Shown: positions 1 through 14,722 of the stretch, in pieces
Layout: each line of letters starts with the position of its first letter
Numbering within the stretch: position 1 is the first letter of the stretch
Assembly (NCBI RefSeq): GCF_009914755.1
Contig: NC_060930.1
Reading direction: 5' to 3' (one strand)
Length of the DNA: 64,000 nucleotides
Source of the DNA: the human T2T-CHM13v2.0 reference genome, Homo sapiens
Translations under genes and position numbers: made by a program
Notes under the pieces: generated by a model
What the model was told of the DNA's origin: nothing
The model's input: the letters and a program-made list of their open reading frames with translations, nothing else
The model's database searches: none

Positions 1-927
1 ATGAAGGAAACAGAGGAAACAGAGCTGAGAAATGCTTAGCAAAAATACAAAAAATGGAGCTGAAATTTATCACATAAAATCTTCCAAAGGTAAAAAAGAA
101 AAAAGACAATTGACAGCTTGGCTTCTTCAATATGTATAGGTTGCTGAAGCCAAAGGTGCCATAAGAAAACAGACAGCACACCACAGAAGGAAAAGTAAGC
201 TCTGCATAACAAGTAGAAACGATGTTGATAAATTTACCCACTGGATCCAACAAAAGCACAATTTCCAGTAAAATCAAGGGGCACTAGGTATGTAGAAGAC
301 AAAAGAAGAAGCACGTCTGTCTTGCAAAGGTAGGCTGCAGTCAACTAAGAGTCACGGAGATTAAACAGCTCTGTGAGTTCTGTTGGAATACTGGATTTTT
401 AAATCTCCCTTTTAAATACATGTGATATATTAGAGAGGTAAAACATGTCCATCAAATACCTATTGCCAAGAGGTGTGGTTTAAAGCAGAAACTTAAATAC
501 TAAAAAAAATTTCCCTAAGTTCTTTCATAAAAAGCAATAAATAGTTGCTATGTTTGAAATATCACTTCCAGAAACTGAATGAATTTGCACAAAAATTAGC
601 AGACTTGTAAAATTTCCATGTTTATATACAATGTATATAAAATTGTTTAACTAAAATGCCATCATGTACTTTAAGTCTGTTTAATTACCATGCAGTGCAC
701 AGTAATGTATAAATAATTCAATCATTTTAGCTCTCTGAAGATAATTTAAAGAGAAAATATTTCCTTTATCCAATTTTTTGGTACACACACATCTACCTCA
801 ATGTGGGTTTTGGCCCTTTCTATGCTTTTCTAAAAAGGAGCCTGAACCCAGGAGTTACTTCTCTATCAGGTTAGCGCTCACCGCATGGGAACGGCTAGGT
901 TAGTCAAGTTATGGGGGCGACACCTAC

Positions 928-1026
928 CCCCTTATCCTCATCCTCCACATCCTCATGCTGTTCATATTCGCATGCTTCTGTTGCACTCACCAATCGTAAG
1001 GTCTTCAAAAAATCTCGCTCCCTTGG
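928..1026 (-). CDS. DST: DST alternative CH1-insert exon, long form (99 nt; PRERDFLKTLRLVSATEACEYEQHEDVEDEDKG)
   Basis: Acceptor ...atattcattag (AG at 1027-1028) after a long pyrimidine tract; donor GGG|gtaggt at 922-927; 33 codons, phase 0/0, open frame following SGDTL. Confidence 0.8.
991..1026 (-). CDS. DST: DST alternative CH1-insert exon, short form (36 nt; PRERDFLKTLRL), paralogous to plectin exon 3-alpha
   Basis: Same acceptor; strong donor TTG|gtgagt at 985-990; 12 codons, the same length and PRERD...RL pattern as plectin 3-alpha. Confidence 0.8.
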
Positions 1027-1562
1027 CTAATGAATATAACAGACAGAAGATAGGACAGCAAAGACACAAGACAGACCAGAAATGAAAAGAAGAGCATGAA
1101 CAGAACATAATGAAGGAGAACAGGTAACAAGAAGGGGAAGTAATGTTCACCAAAAAAAAAAAAAAAAAAATGACACCTGCGGAATGGGTTAGATCATTTT
1201 TCAGAAAGCAATGTTTATTTTCTTGCTATTTGTAAGTCTTTTAATATGTGGTTATATTATGCATCCAACTTCTGCTAAGCAAAAAAACCCAAAGGTAAAA
1301 AAGAAGCAAGAACAAAAATAGTATTTTAATTATAGAACTGATTATATAAGTGAAGTAATCAAAGTGCTTCAATCTCTCAAATTCACATCATTTGAAGTTT
1401 GAAAATGCTTAGGAATCTAACCAAAACTTCTTTTTCAGGCAGAATTCATAGCTCAAAAGATGAATGTTGCAAAAATCTGAATAGTCTGTACTGAAAACAT
1501 ACTGGTCCTATGCAGAAAAGATTACACGTTCTTCAAAATAAAATAAGAAAGTTAAAACTTAC

Positions 1563-1652
1563 CAAGGTATCTCCTGAAAGAACCTCTAGAAGAGAAATCA
1601 AATTGTGTCCATCCCTTAAGTCTTCATAGAGATCATTCACATGTTTTCGAAC
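1563..1652 (-). CDS. DST: DST CH1 exon (90 nt; [30 protein letters not shown])
   Basis: Acceptor ttttctctttatag (AG at 1653-1654); donor TTG|gtaagt (1557-1562); calponin-homology motif DLRDG..LI.LLEVLSG. Confidence 0.97.
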
Positions 1653-3310
1653 CTATAAAGAGAAAAGCAAAATTTGGGGTCCTAGAACTCAGAATTATCC
1701 TTAACATTCTTAAACATAAAAAGGAGACAAGTAGAAAACATTCCTCACATGGTATTCATTCATGCACCTATTTTTAAATTTTTAAAATGCTTATTACTTA
1801 AAAACTAAATTTAATTTAAAAACTTAAAAAAGTGAATTTCAGATTAATAATTCAAGAAGACAATTCAAATTATTACATTTTTAAGACACCAGAACAAACA
1901 TAAGCCTGGACTACTACATGGGGTTACAATTCTTCAAATACGGACAATGCCCTGACTTTATTCATGATTCCCGATACAGTGACCAGTGCCACCTTAACAA
2001 GAGGGTGGAGTTTTCACCCCCGCAGTTGATCTTCTACTTCTAGCCTAAAACAGGTTCAAGGATGCCGAGGAACATTTTTAGAAATCCATAGACGTGAGCT
2101 GGGTGAAGAGTATGAGACTCTACATATTATTTTATCAATATCTTATGAGCCTATAATTATTTCAAAAAAATTTTTTGAAATCCGTATGTGTCAGGTTAGA
2201 AGTCCTCTGTCCAAACCCTTCCTCTGCACAATGTAAGTCTTCTTATAACGGAAGATTTTCAAAACTAAATAACACTAGCACAAAATCAACACTCAACCTA
2301 CAATAGCTTTCCCCGTTCCACAGGCCTGATTTAGAAGTCTGTGATTTTAGAACCCAAACCATCAAAGATTTCCCAAAAGCTTTGTTTAGCCTGCCAAGTA
2401 GGGATAGCTCTAGTAACCACATGGCCCACTGCAAGGTTTGTGTTGGACAGACAAATGTCAAAGCAGGTATTAAGATGGCTGTTCCACAGTGGACTGGCAC
2501 ATTTCCATTTTCTCGCCTTTCAGTGATTCTGGGCTACTCCCATGAAAGGAGCCAAAGAAGTGGGCAGGAAAGAGGCAGGAACCAGAATCCCACCTACTTC
2601 ACCCATGGCACAAGCCCTGTATACAAATGAATCCAACTCCTTTGCACTTCCAAAATGTCAAGTGAGTATATAGCACAAAATAATGAAAAGATCTAAACTT
2701 ATAATCAAAACTATATAACTACACAAACACAAAGAAGAGGCCTAATGTAAACTGGAAGCAAACTTTTATGGTAAGTCTCTCAGTCCCCAAAAATAGTTTA
2801 AATCCCATAAAACTTTATTATCTTAGTTGACTCTCTCTATATATATGTTTTACAATATCTTTTGTTAGTGTCAGAAAATGTTTTTGATTGATGAAGAAGA
2901 AGTTCCCTTAGGAATTTCTTATCAAATTTACCAGCTTTTACATCCAGTGTTCTGGCACTGTTTACATAAGTCACAGAACCTTTTAATATTCAATTACCCA
3001 TCTAGGCATAATTAACTACAAATAATATAAATACTAAGCTTAGGCTCAATAGCTCTACCACAAAGTAACTGTTCATGTCAATAGTACCTTTGAAATACAG
3101 CAAAACTGAAGGTGAATCAAATTACTTTTAACCAAGTCTCCATCTTTACAAATTGACATTTTATTTTGATTTCCTAATTCCCAAGGAATATCAGTTGAAT
3201 CTCTGATGTCATAATACCAAAGTAAGACAAAGTTTAAAAATACTTTATTTAGCCCCAAAAAATGTTATAACACATTTTGAGCAATCCTTGTTTAGAAAAA
3301 CCTGTAAATA

Positions 3311-3649
<339 letters not shown>

Positions 3650-3846
3650 TTACAAAGGAGTTATCCATTCAATTAGAATATTTACCTTGAGATACCATGA
3701 AATGACAACTCTCTCAACTTCTCAACTGTATTTCAGAGATGAATCAATTTTCAAGGGCCTCTTCAGGAACATATCTATTACATGCATGATATGTACGCGA
3801 ACAGATAAGCACTTAGGGAAATGAGTACTAATACTGCAATTTCCTA

Positions 3847-4479
<633 letters not shown>

Positions 4480-5169
4480 TATTAGAGCACTGTAAGAATT
4501 CACCCAGTCCCGTTCTAAGGCACAAGCTTGAATTTATAAGGCTAAGGCCTACTTAAAAACAAGGCAGAAAAGCTAAGCTTGTGAATGTCATGTACATTCT
4601 AAATCTATGTACTTCTCTGCGTATCTTCAATATAACCAGAAAGCAGCCAAACTCTAAAAGAGCCTGAATGGGAACACTAAAAGATTATATTTATATAAAC
4701 AATATTATACAGCTCCTGATCCTCAGCCAGCTGCTTTGTCTCTCAAAATAAATGGCTTTATTGTGCAGGTCTGATATCCTCAGTACACAGAAGGACAGTA
4801 GAATCCAAGCACATGATTACTTTGGGGACTTCCAGGATTGTAATAGTGCTGAGAATTCTGTGCTCTCTGGTCCACTATGCCTACACCCTACCAGACTTAC
4901 ATTTCACTCTATATTCCACTTCTTGTGTCTTTCTCACTCCAGGACAGTTAAAGATGGGGTGTGATTCTGAACACTTATCTCATAGTAAGGCAATTTCACA
5001 ACTTGACTTGCCAGACTGAACAAAACCCTCTACATAAGGGAAACTTTCCAAAACCAGGTGTCATTTGCTACTATCGTATTTATGTGACAACAAAGGAAAA
5101 TTAAAACAGACATGTTTAGAGAAGGAAAATAATAATATTAAGCCATGCAAATCTAAACTAGGAAAAGAT

Positions 5170-5381
5170 GGCCGGGTGTGGTGGCTCACGCCTGTAATCC
5201 TAGCACTTTGGGAGGCCGAGGTGGGTGGATCATGAGGTCAGGAGTTTAAGACCAACCTGGCTAAGATGGTAAAACCCCATCTCTACTAAAAATACAAAAA
5301 GTTAGCTGGGCATGGTGGCAGTGAGCTGTGATCATGCCACTGCACTCCAGCCTGGGCAAAAGAGTGAGACTCCCTCTAAAT
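5170..5381 (+). mobile_element. AluS with a large internal deletion in the right arm
   Basis: Sequence jumps from ggcatggtggc directly to agtgagctgtgatc; flanking TSD taggaaaaga. Confidence 0.9.
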
Positions 5382-6894
5382 TAGGAAAAGAGAAAACCTG
5401 TGATAAGGGAAAAGACATTTTAGTCCTGCTTCTGCCCTTGGCCTTATGAATTTGTACCAACAGCCTAAACTCTCTAGGCTTCAGGGTTTTTTTTATCTTT
5501 AAAATAAAGGTTGGAAAACAGAAAACTCCTAGTTCAACCTAGAGAACAAAAAGTCTGTAATCTTTAAATCAAATTATTATCATTTTAAAAAATCAATGAC
5601 CTGTCAACTTAGAAAATGTATAAAATAAAAGCTACTCTTAAGACTTATGGCTTAATTTCTTAAGAATTTTAGAAGAAAATGCAGAAATAAACTAATTTAA
5701 CTTCTATAATGCTTGAAAAAAATCCAAAGACACTGGCTATCCCCAATACTGCCTGCTTTTCCTGTCTCAGCTGACTATTCTGAGGGTCCACAGAAATACT
5801 GTATATGGAAAACATCCTACAAAATATAAGATATCATTTTCCGAAAAGCAAATGTCACTAACAATAATAAACAAAAACACACACACCATGAGTTACTACT
5901 AGATGCCTAACCTTGTGCTAAGTACTTTATAATACTGAGTCAGTTTCCTCAGCACAAATGAGTGGAATAAAAGAGGATGCTATTAAAAATTAAAAATCAA
6001 CATTATGGGTAAAGGGTGGTCGGGAATGAACTGAGGGGAAAGAATTGGGGTTCCAATCTGATCGAGCAAGAAATTTAAGGGAAAGAAAAGAAGGGAAAGT
6101 AGACAGCTAAGCCTACATAGAAAAGCTTTTATTTTACCCCAGGAGTGAGTCATAGGCATTGGGCCTGGTAACTTTCCTTCACAGATGACTATACTAACCG
6201 CCAATATCCCTAACATTCCATTTTCAGTTTTTAATAAAGCATTCCTTTTTCTCTTTTTGGATATGTTCTCCCTATGGGACAAAAAACTGTCTGGATCAAT
6301 AGTGCTAGAGGAAGTGACGAGCAAAGTAAAAGCACTATGAAATACTCTGGGATTAACTTACATAACTTGAATTACATAACAAGGCTGATACAGCATTTTC
6401 TGTATTTCACACAATTCTCGTAGAATTTTGCAGTACTTCAAAAAAATATGTATATAGCATTGCACCTAGAGTTTACCTCTAGGGGGCACTAATCTTTTAC
6501 TTAAAAGAATATCCCAAGAAAGTAAAATAGACTAGAAAACACTCTATGGGCAACAAAAATTCTAAACAAGATGCTGGCGATGACATGGACAATATTTCAA
6601 ATTTATTTTGGAGTGAGAACACATTAGCTCATGCCAGGTCTGTATTACCTAAATGGCTTAACTGATCAAAAATACTACACTGAAAATTTCCTTTTGTTAA
6701 CCCATAACTGTTTGGTTTTATATAGGCTAAATCAAATTCAACTTTGAAGAAAAGAGAATCATTATATAACTGCTTGCTGAATGTTTAAACTTCCTTTTTT
6801 AAAAGTCTGACATTATAGTGGTTGATGTTAATCTAGACAAATTTCACAAAAATTTGACTTCCCATTATTTAAACATATTACTATTGTTTAGCTG

Positions 6895-7380
6895 CAATTC
6901 AATTCAGGTCACAAACTATTTATTGAGCATTCATCCGTCATATGCCAGGGTATCCTTTAAGTTCTATGGGTACAAAGATGAATAATAAGAGTGCCACCTC
7001 TTGAAGCCTGTAATCTGAAATGAAAGAAATTTAGGCAAGAAATTGCAGTATAAAATAAATGCATTCAGAGAACACTCAGGAAGCTATGAGGAGCTTAACC
7101 CAGTCTGAGGTCTTCCCAGCAAAGAAGATGGGAATGTTGCAGGTGGAGGGAGGAGCAAGAACAAAGGAAAAAGGCAAGGACACACAAAACTACATATGAG
7201 TTGCAAGGAAGGAAAGCAGTGGTGAAGTCAATGAAGCATGAGGTGGAAGATGAGGCTGGAACGATGCGCCGGTGGACATAGAGGCTTTATATCCCAGGTT
7301 AAGAAGCTTGAACTTTTCCTACACAAAGAAAACTACGAATTTTAAACAGAATGAGGCCATAATATCTCTGACCAATATAA
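6895..7380 (-). mobile_element. L2 fragment (ancient LINE)
   Basis: attcaattca...tatttattgagcatt...tatgccagg pattern typical of the reverse-complemented L2 3' end; boundaries approximate. Confidence 0.55.
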
Positions 7381-9091
7381 AAGCTTCCCTGTAAACTATT
7401 ATCTTAAGCAAAAACAAATCAATCACAGGTAAAATCAAGAGCCCAATCTGTACACAATAATAGAGGAAAGGTCCCTCAGGAAAAAAAGGAAACTGGAAGA
7501 GTCATTCCATTAATGAACCTTGGGTAAAATGCAGGCATCCTAGTGAGCTCTGCAGTAGGGAGCAAAACATCAGCCACATAAAGGGTTCACAGTCCGCTCT
7601 TAAAGAAGTTCTATATCTAAAGGATACAGTATTCTGGAAAACAATCAGCTATCTTTAGAAAGAAACATAAATAATAAAAGAAGGCTTGTCCCAAATGAGA
7701 TCGCCTCACTGGCTTATACTAACTGGGTGACGAGAAGAAGGATAGTTTGCTTTAGTGAAAATTATAAATTAAAATATTTTTCAATGCAATTTTTTTACAT
7801 CAAACAAGTACGTTCATAAAAAATTAGCTGTCAGGTTCTCCTGGGAGAGTTCCTTAGACAGCCTACTTGAAAAAATAGAGGTAACATAAATATCAATATA
7901 TTAACATATTAATTATTGATAAGAAAATTAATGCTTTTAAAATACACACAAAAAATGCTCAAAAACATTGTATTATCTTAGGTAGCTGCCTTATCTAAAG
8001 TTGTTTTTTCATTACAAATTTATTTCAGTACTACTTCTTCAGGAGTTGTGAAAGAATAAAACTACAATTCATATTCTACCTAAATTATTATAAATTCGAA
8101 ATTGGTGCAGTTAAGTCAAACAGGGAAATATCCTTATTTGGCATGATAAAAAGGTGGTTATGGTTTTTTAAGGTACTACGTTAAGTCAACATTAAGGCCA
8201 CATAGAATTCATCTCCTTTAGGTTATTTTTAAACTATGAAATAAAGGTATTAGTTACACATCTTAAGGTATTAATGGATAAAATAATAGAGAGTTTTTTT
8301 TTTAATCCACATTGGTACTAGGTGGTACAAATAATGTGTCTACTTCTTTGGACCTGATTCACTCCTTCACAAAGAAGGCTTCTCTTTTTAGCTTTTGGGT
8401 AGACAATCTATAATCAATTAAAATGCAAAAACTGAATGGCCTTTCCTAGTCTTTCACCACAAGGTGGAACTAGGTAGTTAAATAAAATAAAAACATTTAT
8501 TAATATATTACAGATAAACACTTTAAGATTTGGGGTATTTTAGTCACTGTTTCACCTAGGTATTTTTTATTCTCTTCTATACAGTTTCGCCATGGTTGCA
8601 GTAACCTTTTTAAAAGGCTATTTCAATTTTTAAATATTTTTAAATAGGTAACTTTTCTGTAACAGTCTGAGGTTAGGGTTGGTTGGTTCTGGTTTGGTTT
8701 GAGTTTAGGTCTCTATCTTTCCTATCTTCCCTTTTATTATCAAGAAAACAGATAAAAAATCTATTTTTGCTCACATTTTCCCCTGAACCTGTAGATTTTT
8801 CATCTCTTGCATAGCTGTACAGATCTTGGTGTGGGGTAATTATAATGTAATGTAACTGAAAGGGAGAAATAAATTCAGAAATCAATATACTCTGCATAGT
8901 ATATCTTTTTTGGTATCTGTCCAGTTCCTTGGACAGATTATTAAAGATGTATTCTTGACAAACTCCACACTACAATGTCTAACAAACGAGCGTCGGCTTG
9001 TAAAGGCATCAGCATTACCCATTCCACATATGAGAGAGAGAAGAACAGCTAATAAATATTATTGTGCAATCTTTTAAAAATAGGAGGAGGT

Positions 9092-9435
<344 letters not shown>

Positions 9436-12400
9436 CTAAGGATGCTTCTTTCCAGTATTCTGTCTGTTTGGCAGGAGAATATGGGCATTACCTTTTACAG
9501 GTTTTTCAAATATCCTCCTAGCTCATTACTTATATAAATCTTTCTTTAAACTCTTTTTCACCTTAAAAAAATCATGGTAAGTACTACTATGTCAAGAGCA
9601 ATTTTTAACACCAGCATAAGGAAAAGAGGAGAAACCAATCCATATCCTTACTATGCTCACCTTTTTCCTACTCCTCCTACTTTCTCATAATTTGGGCAAA
9701 AGAAAGAAAAAGCTGGGAAAGCAAGGGTCATTATCACTTAACGTGTCTAAGGAGAAAACCTAATCAAGGAAACAAAATTTTGATGGAAATAAGTGAAAAT
9801 GTGTGGTTGTAATATAAAGACAAATAATGACAACGAAGTAGAATGCTATTATAATACTAATAGCTAATTAGACATAGTTCATCTGTGTGCCATGACTTAA
9901 AAAATATAACTAGGTGTAACAAAGTCTGCTTGACACAGGTAGTCTATAATGACACCATTACAGTCTTATTCTTTACCACCACTGTTTTAAAGAGATTCCA
10001 CTATATTTTTAAATTCCAGCTTTTACTGAAAAGCTTTTAAAACAGAATTGTAAATACTTTAAAATAAAAATCATGCAAAGGTTATTTTAAATAATTTTAA
10101 ATTAGTTTTATTTAAATTTATATCATGATCAAAATTCACACTAGTTCAAAAAATGTGTATTTCCTCATCAAATCCTCCCAGCTAATGACTCTCTTGTAAC
10201 GTTATACCAAATTCATAAATCAGATTCAAATTGATCATTATAAATTTAGAGATGTATTCAAGTAAAAGCATTCTGTCTTTGAAACAACAACAAAAAAAGA
10301 GAGCTCCTGGGACAGATACAGCAACCTCTCAAGTCATGTGCTTCTAACACAAGGTCACTTTACCAGACTGACTTTCTCTTTATACCTACCTATCATTGGT
10401 TTTAAAGAAATCTTAATCATGGTTGGTGATAAGATGGAATAACATGTAGGGGAGTAGCACTGCAGTGCAGGGCATGGTATGATTCCAGGTAAAAGGCAGT
10501 CTGAAGACCCTGGGCAGCTGGTGAGTGGGAAGAGAAGCATCAGAAAAGGAATATAAGGATGTGACAAATAAAAATTTCAACTACTTTGCAATTCTGATTA
10601 AAGTGCTGGTTGTGGCAACTACCCTGAATACTTCTGAGCTGAATCATCTCTTTTGGGGCTTTTGTCAAATGAGCTATAGGTTGTCAATGCCTGACCTATA
10701 ATCTCAACACACACACACACACAATCAAAGAACTACCTGAACCTCAAAAATTAACTTCATCTACTTCCTGGATAATGTCTTACATGGCTCTATCCTTAAC
10801 CGAACAGTGAGCCACTTGCTGGAATGGTTACAATATGAGTCAGGCTGCAGACTCGAGAGGAAGCAAGGTCCTCATAGAGCGGGGTTAGTGCTGGGCAAGT
10901 AACAGAATCCACTGGTAGATACAGCTCCAGGAAAGGTGCAGCCAGCCAGGAGTGCAGACACCTTCTGGTCATGCCATCATGGGCACTTCCCGGTGTCCCT
11001 TTCAGAGCATTATTTCCTAAGGTGAGAGATTAGGATAGGCATGACACAAGTGGTTGCTTCATCTCTTTTTTTCAAGTCTCAAGGACTGGAAAATCTAGGG
11101 GTCTCTTCATAGCATATTTTATAGTTTTAAGGCTTTGACGATACTCTGATACTTTCAGATACTTTATATGCAAACTAATTCACTCCTCTTTAAACATAAG
11201 CTCATTTCCTTGGGTCCTTGAAAATAAACAACTGAGAGCAACTGGTTGCATCCTCTTCATTAAACCTTTGAAATAACCCAGTATTATGATCAAGACAACT
11301 GACAAAAGGAGAGGAACACTAAAACTATTTTTAAAGACACCCCCAGATGATGAGATACCACTGCCACTGCTACAATCCGTTCTGATGCTTAACACCTCTT
11401 CCCTGTCAAAGAATGTTTCCTTAAATCCAGATGACACTCCATGTCCCCAGTACCACGATTCATATTTTTCTAAAATAAAACCACCCAAAATCATATCTGG
11501 GGAACTGATATGTTTGGAATAGAATTATAAATACAGGTTTATTCTTTTAATTACTTAATTAAAAATTTGACAGATGCTATATACACTCCTGTTAAATTAA
11601 TCTCTGCAACAGAAATATACTTTCTGTAGGAGGATTAAAAGTTTCAAAGTGATCACTTCCTAAATGACATCATAAGTCTGCCAAACTTTCAGATTCTAGT
11701 CTACTCAACAGAGATCTCCGGACCACAGATGCTTAAAAACTAGTTTTCCCAGTTGTAAAAGCCCAGTGTCACAGAAGAGGTACTGCACTGATGTCTCTTA
11801 CTAAAGCTGAAATCTAAGTGGAAGTTATTTTCTCTCCAGCCCCTGTCTGAGCACCCTCCCTTTTAAAGTGACAAGTTTCACCAAGAGCAGGCTAGAGCCA
11901 GGTAACACCTAGCAAATCAGGGGCCACACTTCTGAAAGTGAACCACATAACAGCTATGGGTTTACTGGAAGATGCTCAGGTCCCAGTGCCCTAACTAGAG
12001 CTTCATGTCCATTCCTGATGGCTAAGAGAGATTTTGAAACAAAATGTCTCCTGAATATTTGAGGTCACATTCTAAAACCTCTGCTGTGATATTTCTCTAT
12101 TGATAACTCCTCCTCTAGTTACTGAAATCTTACTTTTCCTACTAGGTCAAATTCTAACGTCATCCAGGCAGTGATGGTTTCCTTCTTCTGCACTCCCATA
12201 TTCTTTGGATTATACCAGTACACCAATCATCATTTTACTTATAGTTTTATGTAGACAACATACATAAATGTATTAATAATTTCCTTAAGAAGAAAGGGCC
12301 CTGTCTTTGGTCCTCACTGCAAATGCTTAATGTCTGACACAGTGCCTTTCATATAGTAGATATTCAAAGAACTTTTGTTGAATAAACAAAAGATTAGTCA

Positions 12401-12690
12401 CCTACACTTTGCATTTGACCTTAGCCATGCACTCAGCTGTGGGCTCTTGAATGCCTGCCGGATCACAGGGAAAAAAACAGAAACTCAGGAAATGGATTCA
12501 CAAATCCCATCAAATGACTTCCTAGCAGGGGATTTGTGTTTGCCCCAAGGCCCATCATGGCATCTATCGGAGTTAGTGCCTGGCATCATGTTCTGCCACA
12601 CAGTTGGAGTTAAGTAAATTGCTTCTGAATGACTAACACATTGAAGAGAAATGTCCACTTCTGCATGCCAAGCCTCCTAAGTATTTCCCC

Positions 12691-13398
12691 TATTAAGGAG
12701 CACAGAATGACACCTCCAAAGTATGGTGCTTTGGCATGCTGAGCACTTTGAAGAGAAGAAATTGGAAGTCTTTAGAAGTTGCCTAACTTTCTAACCTTCT
12801 CTTGTTTCTCTCCCACTCCTCACCAAGCGCAAAGAGGGAGGATCTCTAGAATTTCCTTAGCTGACTAGGGAAATTTCTGTCCAAAAGAAATGCAATTGCC
12901 TTAAGACCTCTCTCTAGCAGTTACATCAAATAGCCAGGAAAGATTAACCACAGAAAAGAGAAGAGATTAAAAGTCATCACCATGCCCAGACAGACTTTTC
13001 ATCTATTCTTCTCAGGGCAGCTCAGAGAGATTACCTAAAAGACTTTATCTGAATAATAAGACAAATGAAGTTCTGCCCCTCACCTTCCCAGCAGCTTCCC
13101 CAGAGCTCAGAGGAACTTTGTACCCAGGCCATTGTTCTTTAAGCTCATTCATTTCCCCTGAAAATCATTTATTGCCCCTCTAAAATTTCCTATACGCCCC
13201 CCTTCCCTCTCCCCTGTGAAGAGGGTACATAAGCCCTAACCATCTGGCCCTTCTTTGAGTCTCATATTTGAAGGACTTCCAAGTCTACGCATTCGTAAAT
13301 AAATCTGTATGCCTTTTTCTCCTATGAATCTGTCTGTTGTCAGCATTTCAGCAAATCTTCAAAGAGGGCAAAAAGGAAGCTTGCCCTCCACCCCTAAA
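12691..13398 (+). mobile_element. Solo LTR, MER39-like (ERV1)
   Basis: ccaaagtatggtgctttggcatgctgagcactttgaa near the start; gagggtacataagc TATA region; aataaa; cccta(c/a)a-type end. Confidence 0.7.
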
Positions 13399-14055
13399 AC
13401 TCTTATCCATCTAAATTAGTCTGGTAAACGACTGGCTGGAAAGTGTCTAGATAAATCAAATTTCAAGACTGAATAATGAATCGTAAAACAAAACACTTTC
13501 AATAAAAATAGATATATAGATCAATGGAACAGAACAGAGAGTCCAGAAATAGACCTGTACATTTATGGACAACTGGTGTTTGACAAAAGAACAAAGGCAA
13601 TTCAGTGGAGAAAGGATAGCCTTTTCAACAAATGATGCTGGGAAACTGAATATCCTTACGCAGAATCATTTGCTTGAACCTTTTCCACAAAATGAATCAT
13701 AGACTTAGATGTAACAGCTAAAGCTACACAATTGTTAGATAAAATCATGGCAGTAAATCTTTATGACCTTGGGTCAGGCAAAGATTTCTTATGTATGATA
13801 CCAAAAGCATACATTATTTTTTAAAAACTTAACAATACGAGCATTTAAACCCAATCTAAAAATAGGCAAAGAGAACCGGGGGGATGGCTCACAACTGTAA
13901 TCCCAGCTACTCATGAAACTGCCTTTGTGAAAATTACTTGAGTAAGAAAATTATGGTAGTGAAAGAGATCAGATCTAACCAACCCCACCAAACTGGGCAG
14001 TCCAGCCTTCAAACTGCCCTTAATTATTGGGAGACATTTAGTTTATAATTTAAAT

Positions 14056-14722
<667 letters not shown>

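Noticed and set aside
8673-9030. Short minus-strand ORFs, a CpG-containing patch and a 9-bp hairpin (atctgtcca-gttcct-tggacagat)
   Set aside because: No splice-compatible boundaries or recognisable homology; a stem of this size is expected by chance in 64 kb.
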